NCBI GenBank assembly: GCA_964187785.1
Contig: OZ076409.1
Location: forward strand, 36,272,001-36,336,000
DNA length: 64,000 nt
Direction: 5' to 3'
Source: Amphiscolops sp. MND2022
Lineage: Eukaryota
The translations under genes and the position numbers were made by a program. The first letter of the stretch is position 1. Each line of letters starts with the position of its first letter. This document shows, one piece after another, positions 11,290 to 19,712 of the stretch. Under the pieces are notes generated by a model, which saw only the letters and a list, made by a program, of their open reading frames with translations, was not told the origin of the DNA and made no database searches.

Positions 11290-11868
11290 ATTGTTGTTTT
11301 CACTCCAAGACCGATAGAGATTTTGCGGCGAGTTGATTCTTCCGATATCTTCGATATCACCCCCATCCTTACGGATACAAAAACTTAACCTTGCTGAAAT
11401 TCTTGTGTACTGTTCTCTTGTGTTATATGCCTCCTAATATGCCTCCTAATATACTCAGTAATATTCTCCGCTATTATCGATGTTATCATATTATTCATTC
11501 TATTATTCGTGGATGTGAAATTGTATTTGTGTCTATTACTCGACTTATTTATTTGATGTATAGTAATTAAAGTTCAACCTGCTTCTTTTCATCAGCGAAA
11601 AGATAATTTCAAACAGTCCAAGAGTAGCGAGACAAACCCCTGAAAGAGGGAAAAATAGCAAAGTTGTAAAGATCGTGATTTCCTTGTCACACTTACCCCC
11701 ACCGCTTTTCGATTAAGTTGATTCGTCTCTTCTTCGGAGTTAATAAAAATTTATGTAGATACTCAGCCAGTCCTTGTCTCGTGCATGGTACCTACGGGTT
11801 TAATTGAGTTGTAGTGGAGCTATTCTCAACAAATAGTTAAAGCTACTGGAAAACTAAAAATCTTACAT

Positions 11869-11887
11869 TGGCGCTCCTGGGTGGGCT
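11869..11887 (+). promoter_or_regulatory. Primer-binding site, tRNA-Asn type
   Basis: TGGCGCTCCTGGGTGGGCT one base after the LTR. Its reverse complement AGCCCACCCAGGAGCGCCA resembles the 3' end of metazoan tRNA-Asn(GUU) as I recall it (AGCCCACCCAGGGACG-CCA). Confidence 0.8.
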
Positions 11888-11979
11888 TTCTTTGCGTCTT
11901 TGTTATTTCCTCTTTCTTTGCTTACTTCTTTCCCATACCTTCCCTTCACCCCTTGTGAGTTGCTGAACCCTTCTTGACG

Positions 11980-13374
11980 ATGTCTGGAGACGACGACAAC
12001 GATCAGCAGATTTCCCCCGTCACCCAAGAAGATTCCAACGGCACCCATACTCCCGTCACAGGTGGTAGTAAACCACTTCTCAGTAAGTCCACTAAACTTT
12101 CCTTCGTAGGATTGGCCGACAAGGAAAAGGAGTGTAAACGAGATGCTTATCGGCGATTGAAAGAGATGGAAAAAAAAATAAAAAGATTCAAAATTGAAGC
12201 AGACTTAGATTCGGACGACTCCATGGTCCTTGAAAATGAATTTAGAAAGAGACAAAAACCCCTGTACGAAAAATCGCCAAAAAAACCAGAAAAGTTCCCC
12301 GGCAAAGATTACAACCGCTGGGAAAATTGGGTAAAACACTTCAAAGCAGTTGCCAAAGCCAATGGGTGGAATGATAGTCAAAAAATTGCTGCAATACCTA
12401 CTTGTTTAACATCTTGGGCTATTGAAGAATTTGAAACTGTCCCCAAAAGATATATTGAAAAAGAACCCGGTTCTTACCCCCCACGTTTTGATGAACTCCT
12501 TGAAATTTTGAAACCCAAAATGCAGCAATATCGCAGCCAGCGAGCTACGCGGTCGGAATTTAAAGCAGTTAAACAGTGGGAAAATGAAGACCTAAGAGAC
12601 TACTCGAGAAGAGTACGTCAACTCGCTGATATAGCCTTTCCTGAAAAATCGCTCCGGGAAAGAGAACGCGATATGAGAGATCAATTTATTGAAGGGCTTT
12701 TTGATTCGCGAATACAACTTAGTTTGTATGAAGACGAGCGTGACCGTGATTTCGGGGAAACTTTGCAACGAGCACAGGAACTCGAAATAATCCACAAGAC
12801 TCATGAATCAAAAAGAGAGCGGAAACTTGATAAATTGCGCTATTCGTATGACGAATATGAGGATCCCGATCTAGTGAGAGCTGGCTATTCGAGTAACAAC
12901 CAAATCGAAGAAAAATTTGCCGCCCTTCAAACATCTTTAACCAATGTGGCAAGTCGCTTTGATCGATTTGAAAATTCCATCTGTCAGCAAATATCCAAGC
13001 AAACCGATCAAATAACGAAAAACTTAGAACAAAGTTCCTCGAAACAAGTCGAAATAATGACCAGACAAAACGAAATCCTAATGCAGGGTATGAAAGACAT
13101 GTCATCTGCGATCGTAGGAGCGTTAGGAAGTTCGCAAAGGCAGGTTGGTGGGCAGCCTCAGAGTTGGCAACCTCCCCGTTTTCAAGCCCCTTTCAATCCT
13201 AGTTATCGTGCGCCTCTAAATAGGGCAGGATCGTCGGGTCAGCTGAATGTTTCGCACCCTCCCCCCGAAGAAGCGGAATGTTTTAATTGTAAGGCGATAG
13301 GTCACTACGCTAAGCAATGTCCAAGTCTTCCGCAGTCTAATTCTTTAAACTACCGACAGCCGAGTATGCAGTAG
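11980..13374 (+). CDS. gag: Gag polyprotein (464 aa from ATG 11980) with CCHC zinc knuckle
   Basis: Uninterrupted ORF; PEKFPG..WENWVKHF..A.ANGW capsid-type motif, DQFIEGL, and CFNCKAIGHYAKQC. Confidence 0.93.
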   Translation: MSGDDDNDQQISPVTQEDSNGTHTPVTGGSKPLLSKSTKLSFVGLADKEKECKRDAYRRLKEMEKKIKRFKIEADLDSDDSMVLENEFRKRQKPLYEKSPKKPEKFPGKDYNRWENWVKHFKAVAKANGWNDSQKIAAIPTCLTSWAIEEFETVPKRYIEKEPGSYPPRFDELLEILKPKMQQYRSQRATRSEFKAVKQWENEDLRDYSRRVRQLADIAFPEKSLRERERDMRDQFIEGLFDSRIQLSLYEDERDRDFGETLQRAQELEIIHKTHESKRERKLDKLRYSYDEYEDPDLVRAGYSSNNQIEEKFAALQTSLTNVASRFDRFENSICQQISKQTDQITKNLEQSSSKQVEIMTRQNEILMQGMKDMSSAIVGALGSSQRQVGGQPQSWQPPRFQAPFNPSYRAPLNRAGSSGQLNVSHPPPEEAECFNCKAIGHYAKQCPSLPQSNSLNYRQPSMQ

Positions 13375-13391
13375 CAGGTTCTACTCGCGCT
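13344..13391 (+). promoter_or_regulatory. Programmed -1 ribosomal frameshift signal (T TTA AAC plus downstream stem)
   Basis: Heptamer at 13344-13350 is in the correct X XXY YYZ phase of gag; 7-nt spacer; stem AGCCGAGTA...TACTCG(C)GCT; the -1 frame is open from 13350 into the protease. Confidence 0.85.
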
Positions 13392-14216
13392 TGGGATTCC
13401 ATCCCTTCCCCAGCTGCTACAAATTTTCCGCAAACAAGTCAGCGTGTTCGTTCTTGGTCTAGGAGTAACGATAGCCATTTGCGACAGCGCAATCGCAGTA
13501 GGCGGATCGACCCCGAAACTTGGAAACAAATGTGTGATGAGTTTGGCCCGGGAGGTTTTTTCCCAAAAGAATCCCATAACCCTGTTGTAAATAGTCCCCC
13601 CATACAAAATCGTTTTAAGAATAAACAAGCTGAGCCTGGCTCTGTGAACATTTTGTCCAAGAAAGAGCCCGAATTTCCAAATCAGGCCCGGTCTGATGAG
13701 GTAAAATCGAGAAAACTGACCCATAGTCAATACATTCCAGGGGCCACGCTTTTAATCCCCTATGAAGTAGAAAGCCTACGGTGTTGGGCCATGATAGACA
13801 CTGGTGCGAGTAGAAGTTTGATGAGTTTGGAATTGGCTAAGACTATTGGTAACCCAATAGCCCCCAATCCCAGTCGTTTAACAGGCCCAATAGCCAACGA
13901 GATGCCTACCAAAGGTATCGTAAAAGCAGAAGTTAAAATCGGAACGTGCGTTGCTTCCGATGAATTCGTGGTTGTAGAAGATCTCTACCCTGAGATCATG
14001 ATTGGCTTAAAGTTCATGATGGAAAATCAATGCTCGACTGACTTAGTCGAACAGAAACTAACGATCCCCAAAGATGATGGTTTCATCATCAAAGTACCCA
14101 TGCAAGTCCTAAGCGGTCATGTTCCCCCGCCGGAAGATGACGCATTTGTTTGCGAAACGGTACCCGGTCCTGACAGCGGCCTCCGAAATAAACGAAAAAC
14201 TCGAACAAGAAGTTGA
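13350..14216 (+). CDS. Aspartic protease region (reached by -1 frameshift from gag)
   Basis: AMIDTGASRS active site and IMIGLKFM motif; stop-free from 13350 to the TGA at 14214-14216. Confidence 0.9.
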   Translation, partial: LPTAEYAVAGSTRAWDSIPSPAATNFPQTSQRVRSWSRSNDSHLRQRNRSRRIDPETWKQMCDEFGPGGFFPKESHNPVVNSPPIQNRFKNKQAEPGSVNILSKKEPEFPNQARSDEVKSRKLTHSQYIPGATLLIPYEVESLRCWAMIDTGASRSLMSLELAKTIGNPIAPNPSRLTGPIANEMPTKGIVKAEVKIGTCVASDEFVVVEDLYPEIMIGLKFMMENQCSTDLVEQKLTIPKDDGFIIKVPMQVLSGHVPPPEDDAFVCETVPGPDSGLRNKRKTRTRS

Positions 14217-17200
14217 CGAAATTTTAAATTTAGCCACCCCTGGACTCGAGAACGCCGAAATAAAGGAAAAATTGCGAGATTTGATTCGTGATTACAGAGA
14301 TGTGTTTTCACTGCCTTCAGACCCGTTAGGAACCGCTGTAGGAGTAGAACACCGCATAGACATAGGCGATGCGAAACCGTTCAAAATTTCGCCCTACAAA
14401 ATTGCTCCGCATAAATTAGAAGCCGTTCGTGAAGAAATTCGCGAGATGCTTGAGAAAGGAGTGATCGTACCGAGTAAAAGTCCTTTCAGCAGTCCCATAG
14501 TAATGGTACCTAAGAAAGATGGCTCAAACCGAATGTGTATAGATTATCGAAAGTTGAACGACCTTACCGTGAAGGACGCGTATCCGTTGCCCCGGATCGG
14601 TCAAACGATTGATGCACTGCAAGGGGCGGGAGTCTTCTCGTCTCTCGATTTAGCAAGTGGCTATTGGCAGATTCCAGTCGCGGCCGAAGACCGGCACAAA
14701 ACGGCGTTTTGCACTCCGGATGGAGGATTATATGAGTGCTTGAAAATGCCGTTTGGCTTAACGAACGCCCCGCCAACTTTCCAAAGGAACATGAACGACA
14801 TTTTTAAAGAAGATCTATATAAACATGTGCTCATATTCCTAGATGATGTGCTAACGTTTAGCAAAACTCCAGAAGAACATTTGGAGCATTTAGAAAAGGT
14901 GTTTATAGTTTTGCGCAAAGCCGGTTTACGTCTTAAACCGAAGAAATGCAACTTATTCCGCACCGAGGTCCACTATCTAGGTCATGTGATTAACAAGGAA
15001 GGGATCCAACCGGATCCGAAAAAGTTAGCGGCAGTACGCGAATGGGAGCCTCCGACCGACGTCACCGGAGTTCGCTCATTTGTTGCCTTCTGCAACTATT
15101 ATCGGAAGTTTGTCCAAAATTTCGCGGAAGTAGCTAGGCCACTTTATTTGTTGACGAGCAAAGGATTAAAATTCACATGGACCGAAGAACATGACAAGGC
15201 GTTCCGAACGCTGAAGAAAAGATTGTTAGAAGCTCCAATTTTGGCATTTCCAAATTTTGAACTTCCGTTCATTATTGATACCGATGCTAGTGATACGGCG
15301 CTCGGCGCAGTTTTGTCGCAAGTGATCGATGGGATAGAGTATCCAATTGCCTTTGAGTCGCGAGTTCTAACTAAAACGGAGGTAAATTATGCAACAACCA
15401 AAAGAGAAGCGCTTGGTGTAGTTCAAGCCGTCCAGTGGTTCAGACCGTACATTTACGGATCCAAATGCATTATCCGCACGGATCATGCAAGTCTTCAATG
15501 GTTGTTTAGGCAAAATGCGGATGGAATGACTTTTCGAATGGTTCAGAAACTTCAGGAGTATGACTATCAAATAGTACATCGTCCAGGTGATAAACATTGC
15601 AATGCGGACGGTCTTAGTCGACGACCGAATGACGTACCCCAATGGCTCCCCGGCGAAGAAGATGCGTTAAGAGGACCGATTCCCGAATTCACCGAATTTG
15701 ATAGTGCTTTGTTTGAAGCCGAACGCGATCTTCGAGCCGCCCGAACCAAAGCCCGTGAGAAATTGGAAAACTCAGAGGATGTAGCTCGGCATTTGAAAAT
15801 GCAAATTTCTCACCCACCTAGAGAGGTAGTCCGTTATCGAGAAGGGGATTTTTTTGAATCCCTCGATTCCTTAGTTTTGTGTGTATCTGCCGACATGAGA
15901 GTAGCCACTGCTCCCATGAAATCGTTCGTAAAAAAGTATTCCCATTTACCACCTCTCGCAGAGTCGGTAGATCGTGTTGGAGGCTTTCTAGTGTACCGAG
16001 ATGTTGAAAAAGGACGTTATGTGTACATATTGATCTCCAAGCATTGTAAAGGAGAAGTTGCTAAATACGATGTACTAAAAGAAAGTCTATTGAGAGTGAA
16101 AGAACATGCTAGTTCCCATGGAATTTCCAAACTTGCAATGCCTAGAATAGGTTGCGTCGATGACGAATTGGAGTGGGTAAATGTAGCTATTTGTCTAGAG
16201 GTTGTGTTTCAAGATTCGTATTTTCCGATCTCCGTGTATACGCCGAGAGACCAAGAGCAATTGTACCCTTCGACTTCGGCAAGACGAGGTACCCCGCGTT
16301 CATCAAGTGTAGATTCCGCCTGTTCCGTCGTTACCCCTGAAGAAATGTTAGTATCAGAGCAAGTGGGGGGGCATATCTCATGGACTAGATCAGATAGCGA
16401 CCTAGCGTATGGTCAGAGAATGGATCGTAGTACGGGATTACTATTTCGTGAAATGGTTAGACGTGGAATTCGGATAGATGGTACATTGGAAGATTTAGGG
16501 CCCAACCCCATCCCCAGAGAAGTAGCATTAGGATGGAGTTGTCCAGAAGCGTTAGAACTTTGGAGTAATTGGGATCAGCTAGCGCTGGCCAATCGAGTCC
16601 TTTATCGAAAATGGAAACCTAGCAATCGTGAACGTGAAATATGGCAGGCAGTAGTTCCTTCGACTATGAGAGCCGAAGTGTTACATCAGTTACATGACTC
16701 CCCTCTTAGCGGAGGTCATTTTGCAGCCGAGAAAACGTTATCAAGGATTAAACAGAGATTTTGGTGGCCTGGTCTCAGGTCAAGTGTAGAAAAGTATATT
16801 GCAAAATGCACGCGTTGCGCGGCTAGATCAACGGCGGGAAAAAGTCGAAAAGCTCATTTGCAAACAATCGAAGCAAAGGCGCCGTTTCGTATTGTTGCAG
16901 CAGATATCTTGGGACCCGTAACGCTGGCGAAAAAGTCACAGGCGCGATACATTTTAGTCATATCGGATTTGTATACAAAGTATGCGGTTGCCGTTCCTTT
17001 GAAAGACATGACGGCTAAGACGGTGGCCACGACTTTAGTCGATGAATGGATTTTGAAATTTGGGGCTCCCGATACTTTACATACGGATCAAGGAACTAAC
17101 TTCAACAGCGAAGTAATGAAAGATATTTGCCAAGTTTTCATGATCGATAAAACTAGGACTTCTCCGTATCATCCCCAAGGAAATGGTCAAGTAGAAAGAT

Positions 17201-18171
17201 TCAATAGAGTCATTGCCGATACTATCTCTAAGTATTGTGCCGAAAAACCACAAGAATGGGATCTCTACTTACCCCACGTCAATTTTGTGTACAATACCAC
17301 CGTACATAAGACCCTCGGTACGACCCCGTTTTCGATGTTGTACGGGAGAGAAGCACAATATCCGATCGACTTATTCTATCCGAAACCTCCTGGCGACCCC
17401 CGTTTAGAATTAGGCGAGGTAGGAGCCGAGTTGAGTGATAAACTATTCGAAGTACATAGTCATGCGCAACTGACTATGGGGAAAGAACAACGTCGTCAGA
17501 AGGATTATTATCAGAAAAAAGTCCATGGAGAAAGTTTTAAAATAGGAGACCGAGTGTGGTTATTCGAGCAACACAAAGCGAAATCCCGAAAGTTCCATCT
17601 CCCTTGGCACGGTCCATACGAAGTATTGAGTCAGACCAGTGAAGTGAACTATCAGATTTGCAAGCCAGGTTGCCCGGAAAAGTGGCAAAATATCCATTTT
17701 AATCGTCTTAAACCGTATCTTGGCGAATCCCTCCCGAAACGATCCGAACGAGTGGCGACAAAAACGCTTCCGAGTTATGAAGAAGTCGCAGATGAATCCG
17801 ATTCATCCGATCAAGAAACCGAAAATAGACCGTATCATGTTTTCCGCCCTACTTCGGCGGAAATCCAAGCCAATAGAAACCGGCCGCACGAGTCGTTCGA
17901 CGACAGTCCCCGCGTGATAAGCGCCGAAAATGATGAAGAGGATTCTCTGATTAATTGTCCCTTGTATATAGACGTCCCCGAACCATCAGAGAGATCCTCG
18001 TTTCCCGTTTATGAAGAAATACCCGAGAGTAGAAATACTCCGCCCCCTCCAGATGAGGAAGACAGCGAAAGTGACCGATCAGATTCGCTGATAATAGAAA
18101 CGACACGGAGTCGTCGACCGCCAGTACGCTTTGGCATAGACGAGTACGTGGTAAAGCCAAAAGAACATTAA
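14119..18171 (+). CDS. pol: Pol: reverse transcriptase, RNase H, TARG1-like macrodomain, integrase
   Basis: 1350-aa ORF with RMCIDYRKLN, LDLASGYWQ, MPFGL, FLDD; RNase H DTDAS, REAL, TDH; integrase H-H-C-C, DILGP, TDQG, VERFN and GPY. Confidence 0.97.
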   Translation: MFPRRKMTHLFAKRYPVLTAASEINEKLEQEVDEILNLATPGLENAEIKEKLRDLIRDYRDVFSLPSDPLGTAVGVEHRIDIGDAKPFKISPYKIAPHKLEAVREEIREMLEKGVIVPSKSPFSSPIVMVPKKDGSNRMCIDYRKLNDLTVKDAYPLPRIGQTIDALQGAGVFSSLDLASGYWQIPVAAEDRHKTAFCTPDGGLYECLKMPFGLTNAPPTFQRNMNDIFKEDLYKHVLIFLDDVLTFSKTPEEHLEHLEKVFIVLRKAGLRLKPKKCNLFRTEVHYLGHVINKEGIQPDPKKLAAVREWEPPTDVTGVRSFVAFCNYYRKFVQNFAEVARPLYLLTSKGLKFTWTEEHDKAFRTLKKRLLEAPILAFPNFELPFIIDTDASDTALGAVLSQVIDGIEYPIAFESRVLTKTEVNYATTKREALGVVQAVQWFRPYIYGSKCIIRTDHASLQWLFRQNADGMTFRMVQKLQEYDYQIVHRPGDKHCNADGLSRRPNDVPQWLPGEEDALRGPIPEFTEFDSALFEAERDLRAARTKAREKLENSEDVARHLKMQISHPPREVVRYREGDFFESLDSLVLCVSADMRVATAPMKSFVKKYSHLPPLAESVDRVGGFLVYRDVEKGRYVYILISKHCKGEVAKYDVLKESLLRVKEHASSHGISKLAMPRIGCVDDELEWVNVAICLEVVFQDSYFPISVYTPRDQEQLYPSTSARRGTPRSSSVDSACSVVTPEEMLVSEQVGGHISWTRSDSDLAYGQRMDRSTGLLFREMVRRGIRIDGTLEDLGPNPIPREVALGWSCPEALELWSNWDQLALANRVLYRKWKPSNREREIWQAVVPSTMRAEVLHQLHDSPLSGGHFAAEKTLSRIKQRFWWPGLRSSVEKYIAKCTRCAARSTAGKSRKAHLQTIEAKAPFRIVAADILGPVTLAKKSQARYILVISDLYTKYAVAVPLKDMTAKTVATTLVDEWILKFGAPDTLHTDQGTNFNSEVMKDICQVFMIDKTRTSPYHPQGNGQVERFNRVIADTISKYCAEKPQEWDLYLPHVNFVYNTTVHKTLGTTPFSMLYGREAQYPIDLFYPKPPGDPRLELGEVGAELSDKLFEVHSHAQLTMGKEQRRQKDYYQKKVHGESFKIGDRVWLFEQHKAKSRKFHLPWHGPYEVLSQTSEVNYQICKPGCPEKWQNIHFNRLKPYLGESLPKRSERVATKTLPSYEEVADESDSSDQETENRPYHVFRPTSAEIQANRNRPHESFDDSPRVISAENDEEDSLINCPLYIDVPEPSERSSFPVYEEIPESRNTPPPPDEEDSESDRSDSLIIETTRSRRPPVRFGIDEYVVKPKEH
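15826..16242 (+). other. Macrodomain, TARG1/OARD1 (Poa1p-like) class, embedded in Pol
   Basis: Y.EGDFF..DSL..C.S.D, GRYVYILISK, Y..L..SL...KEH....G...L.MPRIGC..D.L.W.NV....VF.....I.VY; collinear with human TARG1/OARD1 as recalled. Confidence 0.9.
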
Positions 18172-19700
18172 TGTCTTCGGGTGATGGTCAGGTGAGTTGA
18201 ATCATCCGAAGTAGTGAAGCTCATCATTCGTTCAGCCGTTCGCGAGCACGACTAATTGAATTAACTGAAAGCTCAGACCGTCAATCATGAGGTGATGAGT
18301 TGGAAAAGTAGTGTCATCCGTGTCGCTACCGGCTCTCCTTCATTTAGTTTTGCCTTAACCTAATTACCTCAGTCACTATAATTGAAAAATTGTAGTAATC
18401 GCCCCTACAATCAATTCGAATGACTTTAAAAAATTATTACCGTATTTAACCTCTATGTATCTGTGTTTCGTGTTGTCGGAAAATTTTTTTTCCATGCTTG
18501 AATAATTCGACTCGCTAGTATAGTCGAAAGATAATGTAAATGTAGTATTTGTGTTGACGTAATCGGGTACCTGCGTGAAAAGGAAGAACTCGTTTGGAAC
18601 CAGCGTTGAGGATTGTTCGCCTAGGTTCGCGCGAAGGACCTTTCGTAACTACGAAATCGTAGAAATGACATGTCAAAACAATATCGCCAACAAAGTCTCG
18701 GTATGTTATCTGAAGAAGATCCAGAAGAGAGACTATCCCCCCTTCCTGAAAATATTCGAGTTCCAGTCGTATACAGTTTCAGACACGAAAGATTTGCTAA
18801 GGGGGATTGCAAGTTTATTCCGTTGTACTGACTCTGCAACCTGCCTGAGGTAAATTCAGCGAAGTAGTTTGCTTCTCCACGACTACTATTCAGAAAAGTG
18901 AAAGTATTCATCTTCAGTAATGTATCACAATTTTGGGGGGTCTTAATATTGTTTGGGATGTTATATATGCCGACCGAAAGAACAACCAACAACTTGGCTG
19001 ATCTCGGAGAGAGAAGTGTGTTTCGACTTCAGCAACGTTGCGGTTCAACACTCCCCTTGTCAACAAGACGACAATGTGTCCTGAGATGATCCGAATGTTA
19101 ATTTTGGGTGGATGAAGCCTATCAGCGCTAGTACAGAACCCTACACGTGAGATGAACCTTTTCACAATGATAAATTGTACCCAGAATAAATCCACGCACC
19201 TTAAGACCCCCCTGTATTTATTTGCCCTAAAGAAAGGCTCAAAAACTATATTTTCCTCGCTTGGACAGAAAATTGAAATAATTAAATAAATAATAAATTC
19301 TAGGGAATAAACTAAGAAATCCAGTCTGTAAGAATGTGAATTACAAAAAAAAGATAGAGAAATGGTTCTTTTTAACAAACAACCCTTTATTTTCCAAAAT
19401 CTTAAATTGGATTGAAAAAGAGGAAAATTTTGAGAAAGAATGAAAATTTTTCATGGATGTAATGTATTTTAAAGAAAAGAGTGATTTCGTATTTAAGTAG
19501 GAGGATTGTTAATAGAGTGTGAAGTGATTTTTATATTGTTATCATTGTATTTCAAGCACTTGTTTACAAAATAAAAGAGATTAAGTTGATGAAACAAGGC
19601 TACATTACAACCTGACTGGACTACGAATTGACGAATAAGAACGCTCCTACTAAGGGAATAAAATTTAAATAAACCAACTACTCAGGAGAGTAGTAGTCCA

Positions 19701-19712
19701 AGTGGGGGGGAA
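19701..19712 (+). promoter_or_regulatory. Polypurine tract
   Basis: AGTGGGGGGGAA directly before the 3' LTR; preceded by hairpin ACTACTC-AGGA-GAGTAGT (19677-19694). Confidence 0.9.

Larger units (their letters stand above)
8675..11867 (+). repeat. 5' LTR (3193 bp)
   Basis: TGTAGGATTTT...AAAATCTTACA with imperfect terminal inverted repeat; direct repeat of 19713-22931. Confidence 0.97.

Noticed and set aside
11148..11366. Minus-strand ORF with LNRVLSAHLG repeats (also 22183-22431)
   Set aside because: By-product of the 30-bp unit; the frame breaks in the 29-bp units.
18575..19378. env gene
   Set aside because: No long plus-strand ORF, signal peptide, furin site or transmembrane anchor.
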